Shown here piece after piece: positions 36,571-47,500 of a stretch of DNA of 64,000 nt. The stretch spans positions 4,000,001-4,064,000 of the forward strand of contig CBDCXR010000004.1 of the NCBI GenBank assembly GCA_965223845.1. The letters run 5' to 3'. Position 1 is the first letter of the stretch; each line of letters begins with the position of its first letter. Under the pieces are notes generated by a model. The model searched no databases and was not told the origin of the DNA. It saw only the letters and a list, made by a program, of their open reading frames with translations. The position numbers and the translations under genes are program-made. The DNA comes from Planctomycetota bacterium. Lineage in GTDB: Bacteria; Planctomycetota; UBA8108; SXIK01.

Positions 36571-39408
36571 ATGGGCGAACGGCGAGCCGCAGCATCGGCG
36601 CTTTTGGGCGTGCTGACCGCTGCTTTCGCCGTCTGGCTCTTCCTGGGCGCCGGTAGTCTCCTTCGTGACCGCGAGCAGGCCCTCCCGATCGCGGAGGAAC
36701 GTCTGCCGATCCACGTTTCGCTCGGAGGAGACGACGACGCCGCGTTCGGCGAAGCCCGCGGTCCCGCCGCGGAACGAAAGCCGGGACTCGTGATCAACGA
36801 GTTTCTCGCCGCCAACCGGCGCGCGAGCGTCGACGAGGAGGGGAAGGCGGAGGACTGGGTCGAGCTCTTCAACGCCGGCGATGAGCCGATCGATCTCGGC
36901 GGCTACGCGCTCTCCGACGAGCCGGAAAACCCAAAAAAGTGGGTGTTTCCTTCGCACGTGATCGAGCCGGGCGGCTACGAAGTCGTCTGGCTGTCCGGGA
37001 AGGACCGCTACGCTCCGCCCGCGGAAGCCATCGTGACCGACTCCGGCCGTAACGCGTTTGAGCCGGCCTGGGTTCGCTCGGGCGCGCGGTGGCACTACAC
37101 GACCGATCGACGGACGCGCGAACTTCCCCCGGAGTGGACGACTCTCGAGTTCGACCCGCGATCGGGATTTCAGACCGGTCGATCTGGTTTCGGCTACGGA
37201 GACAACGACGATCGGACCCCCGTGTCGAGCGACACACTCAACGTGTTCGCGCGCACGGAGTTCACGGTCGACGAGCCGAGCGCCGTGCACAGTCTCGTTC
37301 TTCAGATCGACTACGACGACGGTTTCGTAGCGTACCTCAACGGAACGCGCGTCGCGGCGGCGAACTCTCCGGTCGATCACCCGACCGCGGGAACCATCGC
37401 GACCCGGAAGCACGAAGCCGGCGAAGCCGAGCGATTCGATCTGACGAAACACCGCGGGCTCCTGCGCCCCGGCAAGAACGTGCTCGCGATCGTCGGCCTC
37501 AACGACACCGACAGCTCCGACATGAGCCTTCGCCCGGAGCTCGGTCGACTGCAGTCGATCTTCCACACCAACTTTTCCCTCGCGAAAGAAGGCGGCGCAC
37601 TTCTCCTCACCGATCCCGCGGGCGAACAGGTCGACAGCGTCGAGTATCCCGAGCAGGTCCCCGACCATACCTTCGGCCGGTCGCCGAACGGCTCCGGCGG
37701 CTGGGTGTCGTTCGTCACGCCGAGTCCAGCAAAGGCGAATCGCCACGAACCCTTCGCGGACACGGTGGCGAATGAGGTCGTATTTTCGCCGATCGAACCC
37801 GCCGCCGACGGAACCGCTCTCGTCCGAGCTACGGTCGAGCTGTCGATCGCCATCGATCGACCGGCCGCGCGGATCCACTTCACGACCGACGGGACGACTC
37901 CCACCCTGCGGAGCCCCAGGTTCTCCGCCCCGTTCGAGATCGATCGAACGACGGTGATCCGGGCGGCGGTGTTCGAACGCGGTGAACGGGCGACCCCGGT
38001 CTTCGCAAAGACGTATTTCCTCGGCGCGCGACCACCGCTCGATATCGTCTCGATTGTGATGGAACCACCGGACTTCGCCCTCGTGCACGGCAACTCGAAC
38101 GCGCGAGGTCGAGCTTTCGAGCGACCCGCACACTTCGAGATCCTCACACCGGACGGGACCGTACGTGCCGCGGGAGGACTCGGCATCCGTCTCCACGGCG
38201 GGGCGGGGCGGAACGGCAACCTCGAGACGAAGAAAGCCTACAAGGTGTACTTCCGCGGCACCTACGGCATGAAGCGACTCAAGCTTCGGCTGTTTCCGGA
38301 CTCGGAGATCGACGAGTTCGACAAGCTCGTTCTCCGCTCGGGCTTCAATGATCGGCTCCGTCCCCGACGCGGCAGCTACAACGGACGCTTCGGCTACATC
38401 CGTGACGAGGTGGTGCGCGACCTCCACCGCGATCTCGGCGGCATCGCCGGGCACGGTACGTGGTGTCTCCTCTACGTGAACGGCGCGCGGCGCGGCCTCT
38501 ACAACATCGTCGAGCGACTCGACGAGGAGTTTCTCGAGAGCCACGTGGGCGGTACGGACTGGGACGTCATCAAGACCGGCGAAGAGGTGCTCGCCGGCTC
38601 GGACGAGCATTGGATCCAGCTCAAGAACCTGATCCGATCCGGCGACTTTTCGAACGACAGCGAGTTTGCCGAGCTCGCGAGCGTCATCGATCTCGATGAC
38701 GTCACGCGCTATCTCATCTTGAATACCTGGGCCCAGAACCACGACTGGCCGCACAACAACTGGTACGCAGTACGCTCGACCGAGCTCGGCGGGAAGTGGC
38801 GATTCCTCTGTTGGGATGCCGAATGGGGACTGGGCTTGAATCCGTCCGGATACTCCGAGGACTCGCTTTCGTTCGCTCTCCAGCGAGGCGGCGTGCTCAC
38901 CGATCTCTTCCGCGCGCTCTTTCAAAATGCCGGATACCGGACAGAGTTTGAAGCGGCGCTCGAACGCGCACTCGCCGGTCCGCTCGCGCCGGATGCGGTC
39001 GTGGCGCGCATCGAAGCGGAGGCGGACGCTATCGACCCTGCGATGCGCCACGAGCTCGCGACGCTCGCGAAAAACGTGTTCAAGGGTCGCGCTCCGAGGC
39101 GCTCTTCGCGGTTCGGTTCCAGCCGGGAATTCGAACGAGCTCGTCTCGCGGAGGAACGGGCGCGGCTCCAGGCGATCGAAGGCTGGGTCGAGTCCGCCTA
39201 CTCGACTTGGCAGCGGAACGTCAACGATATGCGGACCTTCGCGCGAGTGCGCGGGGCGGCATTTCGAGAGCTCGCACGCTCGAGCCTAGAGGGCACGCGT
39301 TCCTCTGTGCACGAGAACGGAGAACGACTCCCCGGCGCCATCGAACGCTTTCGGTTTCAAGAGATCGAGATCGATGGGCAACGGGTCTTGATCGCGCCGC
39401 CGCGGTAG
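36571..39408 (+). CDS. CotH-kinase-family protein with lamin-tail and chitobiase/Fn3-like domains
   Basis: VINEFLAAN…EDWVELFN (lamin tail); IHFTTDGTTPT; KKAYKVYF, GLYNIVERLD, NHDWPHNNW and WDAE (CotH); N-terminal TM. Confidence 0.88.
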   Translation: MGERRAAASALLGVLTAAFAVWLFLGAGSLLRDREQALPIAEERLPIHVSLGGDDDAAFGEARGPAAERKPGLVINEFLAANRRASVDEEGKAEDWVELFNAGDEPIDLGGYALSDEPENPKKWVFPSHVIEPGGYEVVWLSGKDRYAPPAEAIVTDSGRNAFEPAWVRSGARWHYTTDRRTRELPPEWTTLEFDPRSGFQTGRSGFGYGDNDDRTPVSSDTLNVFARTEFTVDEPSAVHSLVLQIDYDDGFVAYLNGTRVAAANSPVDHPTAGTIATRKHEAGEAERFDLTKHRGLLRPGKNVLAIVGLNDTDSSDMSLRPELGRLQSIFHTNFSLAKEGGALLLTDPAGEQVDSVEYPEQVPDHTFGRSPNGSGGWVSFVTPSPAKANRHEPFADTVANEVVFSPIEPAADGTALVRATVELSIAIDRPAARIHFTTDGTTPTLRSPRFSAPFEIDRTTVIRAAVFERGERATPVFAKTYFLGARPPLDIVSIVMEPPDFALVHGNSNARGRAFERPAHFEILTPDGTVRAAGGLGIRLHGGAGRNGNLETKKAYKVYFRGTYGMKRLKLRLFPDSEIDEFDKLVLRSGFNDRLRPRRGSYNGRFGYIRDEVVRDLHRDLGGIAGHGTWCLLYVNGARRGLYNIVERLDEEFLESHVGGTDWDVIKTGEEVLAGSDEHWIQLKNLIRSGDFSNDSEFAELASVIDLDDVTRYLILNTWAQNHDWPHNNWYAVRSTELGGKWRFLCWDAEWGLGLNPSGYSEDSLSFALQRGGVLTDLFRALFQNAGYRTEFEAALERALAGPLAPDAVVARIEAEADAIDPAMRHELATLAKNVFKGRAPRRSSRFGSSREFERARLAEERARLQAIEGWVESAYSTWQRNVNDMRTFARVRGAAFRELARSSLEGTRSSVHENGERLPGAIERFRFQEIEIDGQRVLIAPPR

Positions 39409-39719
39409 TGCGGATTCGGCCGATCGGACTTTGATTGGGGACGGAACCGCCGGCCGCTAGCCCACGGGCACGGACTACGGGCACCTTCGAACGGCCTGGA
39501 GCTCACGCGGAGTGAACCTCGGTTTGTCCGACGCGCGGACTCGTTCTTTGCGATGCCTCGAAACTGCGGGTAGAACCAGAAGAGCGGCGTCGATCCCCGC
39601 GCTCCTCTACACGGCAGGGAAACCTGAGGGCAGGCCGCGCGCCGCCGCGCTCTCGCGCGATCGAGAACGCGGCGTTCCCAGCGGTCCTCGCACGAACCGA
39701 AACGGAAAGAGTGTCTCCG

Positions 39720-40844
39720 ATGACTCGACGTCACCCGCGTCGTAGGACGGCTGATCGCTACCGCTCGCGGAGCCGCGGCCCGGATACCTCGACGATCATC
39801 GCCCTCGTCGGCGGCATCGGACTGGTCGTGGTCGTCGCAATGTTCGTGTTCGGGAGTGGAGGGGCGAGCTCCGACACGACTCGCTACGAGGACGACGAAA
39901 CGGCCGCGGATGCGCGGACCGACGCCGACGGCGAGAACCAGGATCCCTGGGACGAGAACGGCACGTTCACCGCGGACCTAGACGTGGAGATCGACGCCGA
40001 AGATACCGGTCCCGAGCGGCGAGATGGGGACGACGGCTCGACGGCGAAGGCCGACGCCGACGATGACGACGACATAGACGCGCTCCGCGAACGCCTCTTC
40101 GCACAGGCGGGTCGTTCCGGCGCGTTCGATCGGAGTCGCGCCGAGTTTTCGACCGCGAATTCCGACCGCGTTCCCGAAGCCGATCCGGACGCGGTGTTTC
40201 TCGATCGCAAGAATCGCTCCGTCGGGGAGGTGAGCGACGGTGTGGTGGCGAGTGGGCGCGGCGGCGCAGGATCCGGCGGAATCTCGTACCGGTCGATGAG
40301 TCTCTCCATCACCGGTTCCGTCGGCGGCACTCGCCTCGCTCGCGACGACTCCTACACGCACGGCCGGATCGGCTACTACCTCCAGCACGAGTTTCGACCA
40401 AAGTTCTATGTCGAGTACCCGAACGGTTCCGTGCCGGTGATTCAGCGCGGGCGGCGCGGGCCAGACGGAAAGCCCATTCCCTCCCCGAAGTATCCCGAGC
40501 CGAAGGGCGCGCCGCGCGAGGGCCCGCCTTCGGGTCGCGCCGCGTACCGCCTCGCACTTCAGGTGACGGCCGGACCATCCGGTGGAGTGCAATTCTACGG
40601 TCGGCGCATGGGTATGAAGTTCGAGTGCACGATCCGGGCGCAGATTCTCGACGTCACGACTGAGACGCCGGTTCAGCGAACGAGCTTTGCGGTCCGGGAG
40701 ACGGTGACCCGGATGGGGACGGGGACCGACGTCGCGAAGCAATCGAAGCAGGCCTACTACCTCGCGCTCGAAAAGCTGGTGAAGGCGCTCGGCTCGCGGC
40801 GCGCCGCATTCTCCCCGGCGACGACGACGAGCGTCGACAAGTAG
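39720..40844 (+). CDS. Hypothetical membrane-anchored protein
   Basis: Basic N-terminus, one TM, acidic linker and a globular C-terminus; coding-like GC3. Confidence 0.7.
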   Translation: MTRRHPRRRTADRYRSRSRGPDTSTIIALVGGIGLVVVVAMFVFGSGGASSDTTRYEDDETAADARTDADGENQDPWDENGTFTADLDVEIDAEDTGPERRDGDDGSTAKADADDDDDIDALRERLFAQAGRSGAFDRSRAEFSTANSDRVPEADPDAVFLDRKNRSVGEVSDGVVASGRGGAGSGGISYRSMSLSITGSVGGTRLARDDSYTHGRIGYYLQHEFRPKFYVEYPNGSVPVIQRGRRGPDGKPIPSPKYPEPKGAPREGPPSGRAAYRLALQVTAGPSGGVQFYGRRMGMKFECTIRAQILDVTTETPVQRTSFAVRETVTRMGTGTDVAKQSKQAYYLALEKLVKALGSRRAAFSPATTTSVDK

Positions 40845-40911
40845 AGCGGTCGCCGCGCGTTCCCTCCCACCGACGGCTTCGCATCGCGATCGCAGTCGCA
40901 CGCGACGGAGC

Positions 40912-41493
40912 TCAGCGGCGGCTCTTCTCGCTTCGAGGCGGCGCGGACGCTCCCTTAGGAGTTGTCTCGGCGCTCCGAATCGCCGGCACGTGAAGGCGCA
41001 CGAGAGTCGCTGCGTCTCCGCACGGGACGACGACGAATACGTTGTCGTAGTCGTTCGACTTGATCGCGACGCGCTCTTTTACACCGAGCCGGCGAAGGAG
41101 CGGTGGGATCGTGTCCGAGTGCCCTACGACGAGAACGGCTTCTCCCGCGGCGTGCCCGCGCAGCTTGCGGACGATCGCGTCGAGGTCGCGTGCCCGGAGC
41201 AGCTCCGGCTTTCGCGCGCGTTTGAGGTCCTTCCGCCCGGCGACGATCTCGGCGGCCGTTTCCTGCGTCCGCTTGTACTCCGTCGCGTACACCGCCGCGA
41301 ACGGCACGGATCGAAACGCCTTCCGCAGCGTCGCCGCGCGGTCGCGCCCGGCGCGGGTGAGAGGCGGGTCGGTCGGACGGCCACGCGTCTCCTTCTCGGC
41401 GTGCCTCACGATGTAGACGACGGGTTGGGCAAGGAGGGCGTCTCCCGACACGAGCGAGATCAGCGAGAAGAGGAGCAGGCGCGAAGTCTTCAT
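40912..41493 (-). CDS. Exported histidine phosphatase family protein (SixA/PGM-like)
   Basis: IVRHAEK, LTRAG, RTQETA, VVGHSDT; signal peptide from ATG 41493. Confidence 0.88.
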   Translation of the reverse strand: MKTSRLLLFSLISLVSGDALLAQPVVYIVRHAEKETRGRPTDPPLTRAGRDRAATLRKAFRSVPFAAVYATEYKRTQETAAEIVAGRKDLKRARKPELLRARDLDAIVRKLRGHAAGEAVLVVGHSDTIPPLLRRLGVKERVAIKSNDYDNVFVVVPCGDAATLVRLHVPAIRSAETTPKGASAPPRSEKSRR

Positions 41494-41707
41494 GAGGGGT
41501 CTCCGAGAAGGGGCGATCGGCACCATTCTAACCCGGATCCGAAACCGGGCCGGACTCGGCCGCTCGGCGGAGCGAGGCTCGTCACGCACGCCCGGTCGGC
41601 GAGCGACGAATTCGACATTCGGGTCGGGCTCCCCGATCGCCGGCCGAGTGTGGTAGAACAGCCGCTTCCGCGATACTCCCAGCGTTCCTCCCCCCGGCGA
41701 AGATCCG

Positions 41708-42943
41708 ATGCCGTCCAACCCATCCACAGTCACGATCGACACCCTGATGCAGCGAGCGCTCGAGGTCCCCGGGCTCCTCTCCCTCGCCGCCGGATTTACG
41801 GACAACAGCGCGCTTCCGCGTTCCGAGGTGCAGCGCATCGTCACCGATCTCCTCGCGTCGCCGGAAACGATCGAGGTGCTTCAGTACGGCTCCGCGCGCG
41901 GGCGTCCCGAGCTGCGCGATCGCCTCGCGGCTCGCATCGCCGAGGCTGACGCCGAGCGAAACTCGCTTCCGAAGGTCGACGCCGCCGATGTCATCGTCGC
42001 CAACGGTTCGCAGCAGGCGCTTTTTCTCGCGACGAGCGCTCTCTGTAAGCCGGGCGACGTCGTCCTCGTCGACTCTCCGACCTATTTCGTGTTCCTCGAC
42101 GTTCTCGCCGTCCTCGGAATCGAAGCCGTCCCCCTTCCATCGTCCGGCGATCTGCTCGATGCAGACGCCCTCCCCGAGTACTTCGAGAGGCTCCGCGGCG
42201 ACGGAATCCTCGAGCGGGTTCGCGCCGTCTACGTGGTCAGCTACTTCTCGAATCCGACGGGACTCTCTCTCGATGCCGATCGCAAACAGCGACTGCTAGC
42301 GGAGATGAAGGCGCAGCGGATCCATGTGCCGGTACTCGAGGACATCGCCTACCGCGATCTCTATTTCGACGAACCCTGGCCGGCTCCGTCGCTTCTCGCG
42401 AAGCACGACGACGACATCCCGATCGCCGTGTTCGGAACGTTCACGAAGACGTTCTCGACCGGCATCAAGGTCGGCTACGCGTACGTGCCGCATGAGCCGC
42501 TCCGGCGAACGATGCTGTCGCAGAAGCGCGCACAGGACTTCGGTACGGCGAACTTCAATCAGGCGATCGTGGAACGCGCGCTCGTGTCGGGCGTTTGCGA
42601 TTCCTACCTACAAACGCTGCGAAAGATCTACGCGCGAAAGTGTGATCGCCTCGACGCGGCCCTCGATCGCGAGGGACTCCGCCGGCTCGGATGGCGCTGG
42701 ACACGTCCGCCCGGTGGACTCTACCTCTGGCTCACGTCGCCCGACGACCTCGACACGACCGGCGGGTCACGGCTCTTCGAGCGCTGCCTCGAAGAGCGGG
42801 TTCTCTACGTCCCCGGCGATCTCTGCTTCGGCGGCGACGCTCGGCGGGACAAGGTGCGGCTGAGCTTCGGGTACCTTCCCGAGGACGACCTCGACGAAGC
42901 AGCGGCGCGATTCGTCCGCGCGGCGGAGCGTTGCGCTCCTTAG
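41708..42943 (+). CDS. PLP-dependent aminotransferase class I/II (LysN/ARO8-like)
   Basis: LQYG, NGSQQAL, SNPTG, EDIAY, GTFTKTFSTGIKVGY, GGLYLW, RLSF. Confidence 0.92.
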   Translation: MPSNPSTVTIDTLMQRALEVPGLLSLAAGFTDNSALPRSEVQRIVTDLLASPETIEVLQYGSARGRPELRDRLAARIAEADAERNSLPKVDAADVIVANGSQQALFLATSALCKPGDVVLVDSPTYFVFLDVLAVLGIEAVPLPSSGDLLDADALPEYFERLRGDGILERVRAVYVVSYFSNPTGLSLDADRKQRLLAEMKAQRIHVPVLEDIAYRDLYFDEPWPAPSLLAKHDDDIPIAVFGTFTKTFSTGIKVGYAYVPHEPLRRTMLSQKRAQDFGTANFNQAIVERALVSGVCDSYLQTLRKIYARKCDRLDAALDREGLRRLGWRWTRPPGGLYLWLTSPDDLDTTGGSRLFERCLEERVLYVPGDLCFGGDARRDKVRLSFGYLPEDDLDEAAARFVRAAERCAP

Positions 42944-43008
42944 AAACCCGCCGGGACAAACCCGCCGCCGCTTCGATCACCGAATCAGGGAGCAGCCCGA
43001 AACTCGGG

Positions 43009-44169
43009 CTAGGGCATCGACACCGACGCGCACTTGAGGGTGTCGGGAGTCGGATCGACCCCGGCGTTCGGATAGGGCGCGGGGAGAGTTCGCTCCTCGT
43101 CGAAAAGATGGACGAGAGTCGCGATCGGATCGGAGATGTTGAGCTTCCCGTCGTCGTTCGCGTCCGCGGCGTCTCGACACGTCGGCTCTGCGCCGCTCAA
43201 GAACAGGTAATTGAGCGAGAACTGCGCGTCCGCGAGATTCACCGCGCCGTCGCTATTCGAATCGCCGCGAAAGAAAATCTGATCCCCCACGATCTGCATC
43301 ACCGCGCCGTCCAATTTCGGAAGCGTGGTGATGAAGCGCGCTTCGCCGCGGTGCGTGAGCTCGGATCGCATCTCAAACGGCCCGAAGGGCTCGATGCGCG
43401 CGCTGAGCTCGATCGTCGTCCCCGCTGCGACCGAGTCGGCGATCTTGCCGGGGATCTTGGCGATGAGTCGATTGTTTCCGGCGGGAATTTCCAGGCCTTC
43501 CTGCCCGATGTCGCCGACGATGCCGACCGTGAACGAGCCTTCATCGCTCCACGTCTGAACGGCGCTGAATCCGACGCGAACGCCGTCGTAAAACGTCCCG
43601 TCGTAGTTGATCTTGTTCCCCGGAGTGAACTGATCCGGGTCGAAGTCGACGACGATCTGCACGGCATCGACGTCGACCGAGGAAGAGAGAAAGACGGGAA
43701 TCTCCACTTCCTGACCGGGTGCTGCGACGATGTCGCCGAGGTCGATCAAGTCATCCGTCGCAGCGGGCGGCTCGATGTCGCCACTCGCGCAGTCGAGATT
43801 GTCGTCGGTCGTATCCGTACCCGGAGCGGGATAGGGAGCGGCGATCAACTGGTTCCATCCCTCGGACGGATTGTTGGGAAAGAACTGAACGAGAACGGTG
43901 ATTTGGTCCGCGATGTTCAGGGTGCCATCGTCGTTCACGTCGCCCGCGTCCATGCAGGCTGGGGGTCGGGCCGCACTGAAGAGAAACCGACGAATCATGA
44001 TCGCGTCGGAGATCGAAACGACACCGTCGGAGTTGGCGTCCCCGCGCAGAAACTCGGTTTGCGCCGAAACCTCGTCCGGCGCGGCGGTCAAGCTGAGCGA
44101 TCCTGCCAAGACGAGTAGAGCGAAACTCCCTCGTCCCCAGGGGGCGCTCGAAGTCGTCGTCGTGGTCAT
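43009..44169 (-). CDS. Secreted dockerin - cohesin-like - dockerin protein
   Basis: Signal peptide; two FxRGDxNSDGxVxxxD…CxDAxDxNDDGxLNIxD EF-hand pairs flanking a cohesin-like domain (AAPGQEVEIPVFL…QIVVDFDP). ATG 44169 follows AGGAGG. Confidence 0.8.
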   Translation of the reverse strand: MTTTTTSSAPWGRGSFALLVLAGSLSLTAAPDEVSAQTEFLRGDANSDGVVSISDAIMIRRFLFSAARPPACMDAGDVNDDGTLNIADQITVLVQFFPNNPSEGWNQLIAAPYPAPGTDTTDDNLDCASGDIEPPAATDDLIDLGDIVAAPGQEVEIPVFLSSSVDVDAVQIVVDFDPDQFTPGNKINYDGTFYDGVRVGFSAVQTWSDEGSFTVGIVGDIGQEGLEIPAGNNRLIAKIPGKIADSVAAGTTIELSARIEPFGPFEMRSELTHRGEARFITTLPKLDGAVMQIVGDQIFFRGDSNSDGAVNLADAQFSLNYLFLSGAEPTCRDAADANDDGKLNISDPIATLVHLFDEERTLPAPYPNAGVDPTPDTLKCASVSMP

Positions 44170-44244
44170 CGTGTCCTCCTTCCGTTCCCGTACAGGTTGC
44201 AGCCGCCACTGCGGCACGTCGAACGATTCCTGCTTGCTGTCCTG

Positions 44245-44260
44245 AGCAAACCGAGGACCA
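44245..44260 (-). promoter_or_regulatory. Putative sigma54 -24/-12 promoter of the dockerin gene
   Basis: Minus strand reads TGGTCCTCGGTTTGCT, i.e. GG-N10-GC with TTGCT, about 75 bp upstream of ATG 44169. The adjacent gene is a sigma54 activator. Confidence 0.6.
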
Positions 44261-44371
44261 CGACCGAGCCGGATCGCCGCGCACGCCCGGCAGATTCCGC
44301 CGCAACTGCGCCCCCTCACGGCTCTTGCGAGTTACGCGACCACGGAGAGGAACTCGCGCCCCCGCTCGGAT

Positions 44372-44422
44372 TGTAAAGCTGCCGTAACACCGAACTTTCG
44401 CGCCTGTCTGAAAGATCGGACA
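44372..44422. promoter_or_regulatory. Two TGT-N12-ACA sites, putative upstream activator sequences
   Basis: TGTAAAGCTGCCGTAACA (44372-44389) and the near-palindromic TGTCTGAAAGATCGGACA (44405-44422), 33 bp apart. Confidence 0.5.
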
Positions 44423-44521
44423 CCCGAAGGCAAGGCGATCGACGGTCTCCGCCATTCGTTCTGTGCCGCCCGATTCCAGGTTAGGATTCACATCCCATCT
44501 GAGTCCTCCGGAGTCGCGTCG

Positions 44522-47500
44522 ATGCCGTCACCACAACTCCGCCCGAAGCTCATCGCCGGTCGCTACGCCCTCCGCCGCAAGCTGGGGTCGGGAAGCACGG
44601 GAAGCGTCTACCTCGCGGCGGACACCGTCGCCGGTCGCGACGTCGCCCTCAAGCTGCTTCAGTCGGAACGTATCGAAGCGAGTCTCACGAAGCAGATGCA
44701 GGAGGAGTTCCTCGCGCTCGTTTCCCTCCGGCACCCGCAAATCGCTCGCGCGTACGACTTCGGATACACCGAGAATGGCGCGGTTCCCTTTTACACGCGC
44801 GAGTACATCGCAGGCTCGCCGCTGACTCCCGGTCCACCCGCCGACGAGAGCCAGCGTCCGGAAGACTTCCTCGCGCCCATCCTCGACGCGCTCGACGCAC
44901 TCGATCACGTACACCGGCGCGGGATCCTCCACATGGATCTTCACGCCGGAAACCTGATCGTCGCCGACGCATCCTCGCGCGGGGCGATCCTGATCGACTT
45001 CGGTCTCGTTCAGCCCGCTGGTCTCGAGCGGCTCTCGTCGTCGAGCGCGACTCTCGGCTCTCTGCCACCCGAGCTCTTCGACGGAGAGGCTGTCACTCCG
45101 CTCACAGACGTCTACCTGGCGGGACGACTGCTCGCCTATCGACTGTCGGGCGAAGTGGAAGGTCGTCCGCGTCTGCCGAAGGAGATTCCGGGCTGGGGAA
45201 TTCGCCGGACGCTCGACCTCGAACGGATCCTCTCAAAAGCGCTCCAGCTCCGGCCGGAGCAGCGTTTCGTCTCCGCCGCCGCGTTTCGCGATGCGATCCA
45301 CTCCGCGCTCGGAATCGAGCGCATGAGTGTCCGGCGTCGATCGGGCGACGACACGAAAGCGAGTGATTTCGTCGGCCGAGAGAAGCCGCGGCGGAAGATC
45401 GAGGAATCGCTCGAGCGCGCGGCGGCGGGACTCCCCGCGGTCGTGTGGATCGCCGGGAAGCACGGCGCGGGAAAGACGCGCCTGCTCGCCGAGTCGCGTC
45501 TTCGCGCTCAGCTTCGCGGCCTCGCGGTGGTCGAGGCGGCGTTCGCGAAGCGCAGAGACGGCAATGCGGTCCTCGTCGAAGCGTTTCGAAGCTCGGAACC
45601 CGCCGGCCGTAGCCGATGGCTGGAGCCGCTCGATCCCCGCCACGGGGGAACGCCCGCGCAACGAGCGCAGCGCGCCGCGGAGGCTTGCCTCGCCGAGCCG
45701 AACGCGCCCCTCGTCGTCCTCCTCGACGACTTCGAGCACGCCGACCGGGAAAGTCGCCTGATCGGCGAGGCCTTGCTCGCAGAAGCCATCCGGCGCGAGC
45801 GCTCGCCGATGTCCGGTCGCGGAGTTGCGATCTTGGTCGCGACCGCACAGCCGAGTCGCGAGTTTTCGAAGTACACGTCGACGCTCCGCGGCCTCCGCCC
45901 CGGAGAGGCGAGGGCTCTTCTCGCCCAGGTCGCCGCCCCCGCGGAACTACCGGGCCGGCTCGTCCGCGCTGCGGTCGCTGACGGGGGCGGATCGCCGCTT
46001 CGACTGCGTCACATCGGTGTCCAGCTCCGCGCGGAATGGCAGCGAGCTGGCACTCTGAGTCACGTGCGCGATATCCCTCCGCTCGAACTAGGTCCCGAGG
46101 CGAGCGTCGAAGCACGAAAATCACTCGCGGAGACCGATCGCCGCGTTCTCGATGCCCTCGCCGCGCTCGACCGTTCCCTCACTCGCGACGAGCTCGCATG
46201 CGCGGTCGAGATCGAGCCGAGCGCGATGCGCGCGACGCTTCGGCGACTGACGAAACGAGAGCTCGTAGCCGGTTCGGGGCGCCCTATCCGTTTCCGACTC
46301 CTTTCATCCGTCGCTCCCTCGCCCGCGGCGTCGACTCCGAAGCGCGAGCTGCGCGCGATGCACCGGCGCCTCGCTTCTTGGATGGAAGCCCGCGGATGCC
46401 GCGACGCGCGAGAACGGGAGCACCTCGCCCGCCACGTCGCCGCTTCCGGCCGTCGCGGCGACGGGCGGAAGATCGCGCTCGACGCGGCGCGCGAGCTTCA
46501 CGACGCCGGCGATCTCGAGCGCGCGACACGCCTCCTCGAAGAATTCGTCGGTTCGGAAAACTCGCCTCGAAACATCTTTCAGCTCATCGAGGGCTTGAGC
46601 CCGATCCTCGATGATCTCGGCGATCACGAACGCGGGATCGCGCTCATCGAGCCGTTCCTCCAGCAGGGCGGCAAGAAACTGCGATCGACCGAGATCGTAC
46701 GCCTCCAGAGACGCCTCGGGATCCACCTTCACCGCGCGGGATTCCCTGATCGAGCGCAGGTCGCGTTCAAACGCGCGATCGGGCGCGCGTCCAAGCGGAA
46801 TCTCGAGGACCTGATCCTCATCGACTCGGAGCTCGCGGAGATCCAGATCTTCGACGGGTCGCTCGACGACGCCGAGGCCGCGTGCCGGCGAGGCCTCGCC
46901 CGCATCGGGACGGGAACGGGCGACCCCGAGTTTCGCGGTCGGATGGAAGTGACGCTCCGTGCGAGTCTCGGACACATCGAGCTCCGACGACTCCGTCCCG
47001 ATCGAGCCAAGGCCGAGCTAGAGACCGGCCGCCGCCTTTCGCGCCGCTACAGCTCGACCGCCGACCAGGCGGCCATTCTTCACAACTTGGCCGTGTGCTC
47101 GAATCAACTGAACGAGCTCGAGCGCGCCCGTGAGTACTTCGCCGAAGCGCAGCGACTCCTCGCGCACGCCGGAGACACGCGGAACGAGGTCAAGATCGCG
47201 ACGAACCTTGCGGTAATCGCGTCCAAGCTCGGAGACCGCGAGGAATCCCGCGCGCAGATCGAGCGCGCCGAACGGCTCGTTCGGCGTTACCCCGGGCATC
47301 GCCTCGAGTTTTTCTGCTTCTATTCGAAGGGGCTCGCGGCGCTTCTCCTCGGAGAGGCGGACGCGTCGATCGCGGCGTTCGACAAGGCACTTCCCCTCGG
47401 ACGCAAGCTCGCGGACGAGTTTCTCGTTCGCTTCGGCGAGGTGTATCTCGCCGAGGCCGCGCTCCTCCGCGGTCGGTACGCGCAGGCTCGCGCGCAGCTT

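Noticed and set aside
36286-39051. 921-aa minus-strand ORF
   Set aside because: Antisense shadow of the CotH gene, typical of high-GC DNA; no motifs.
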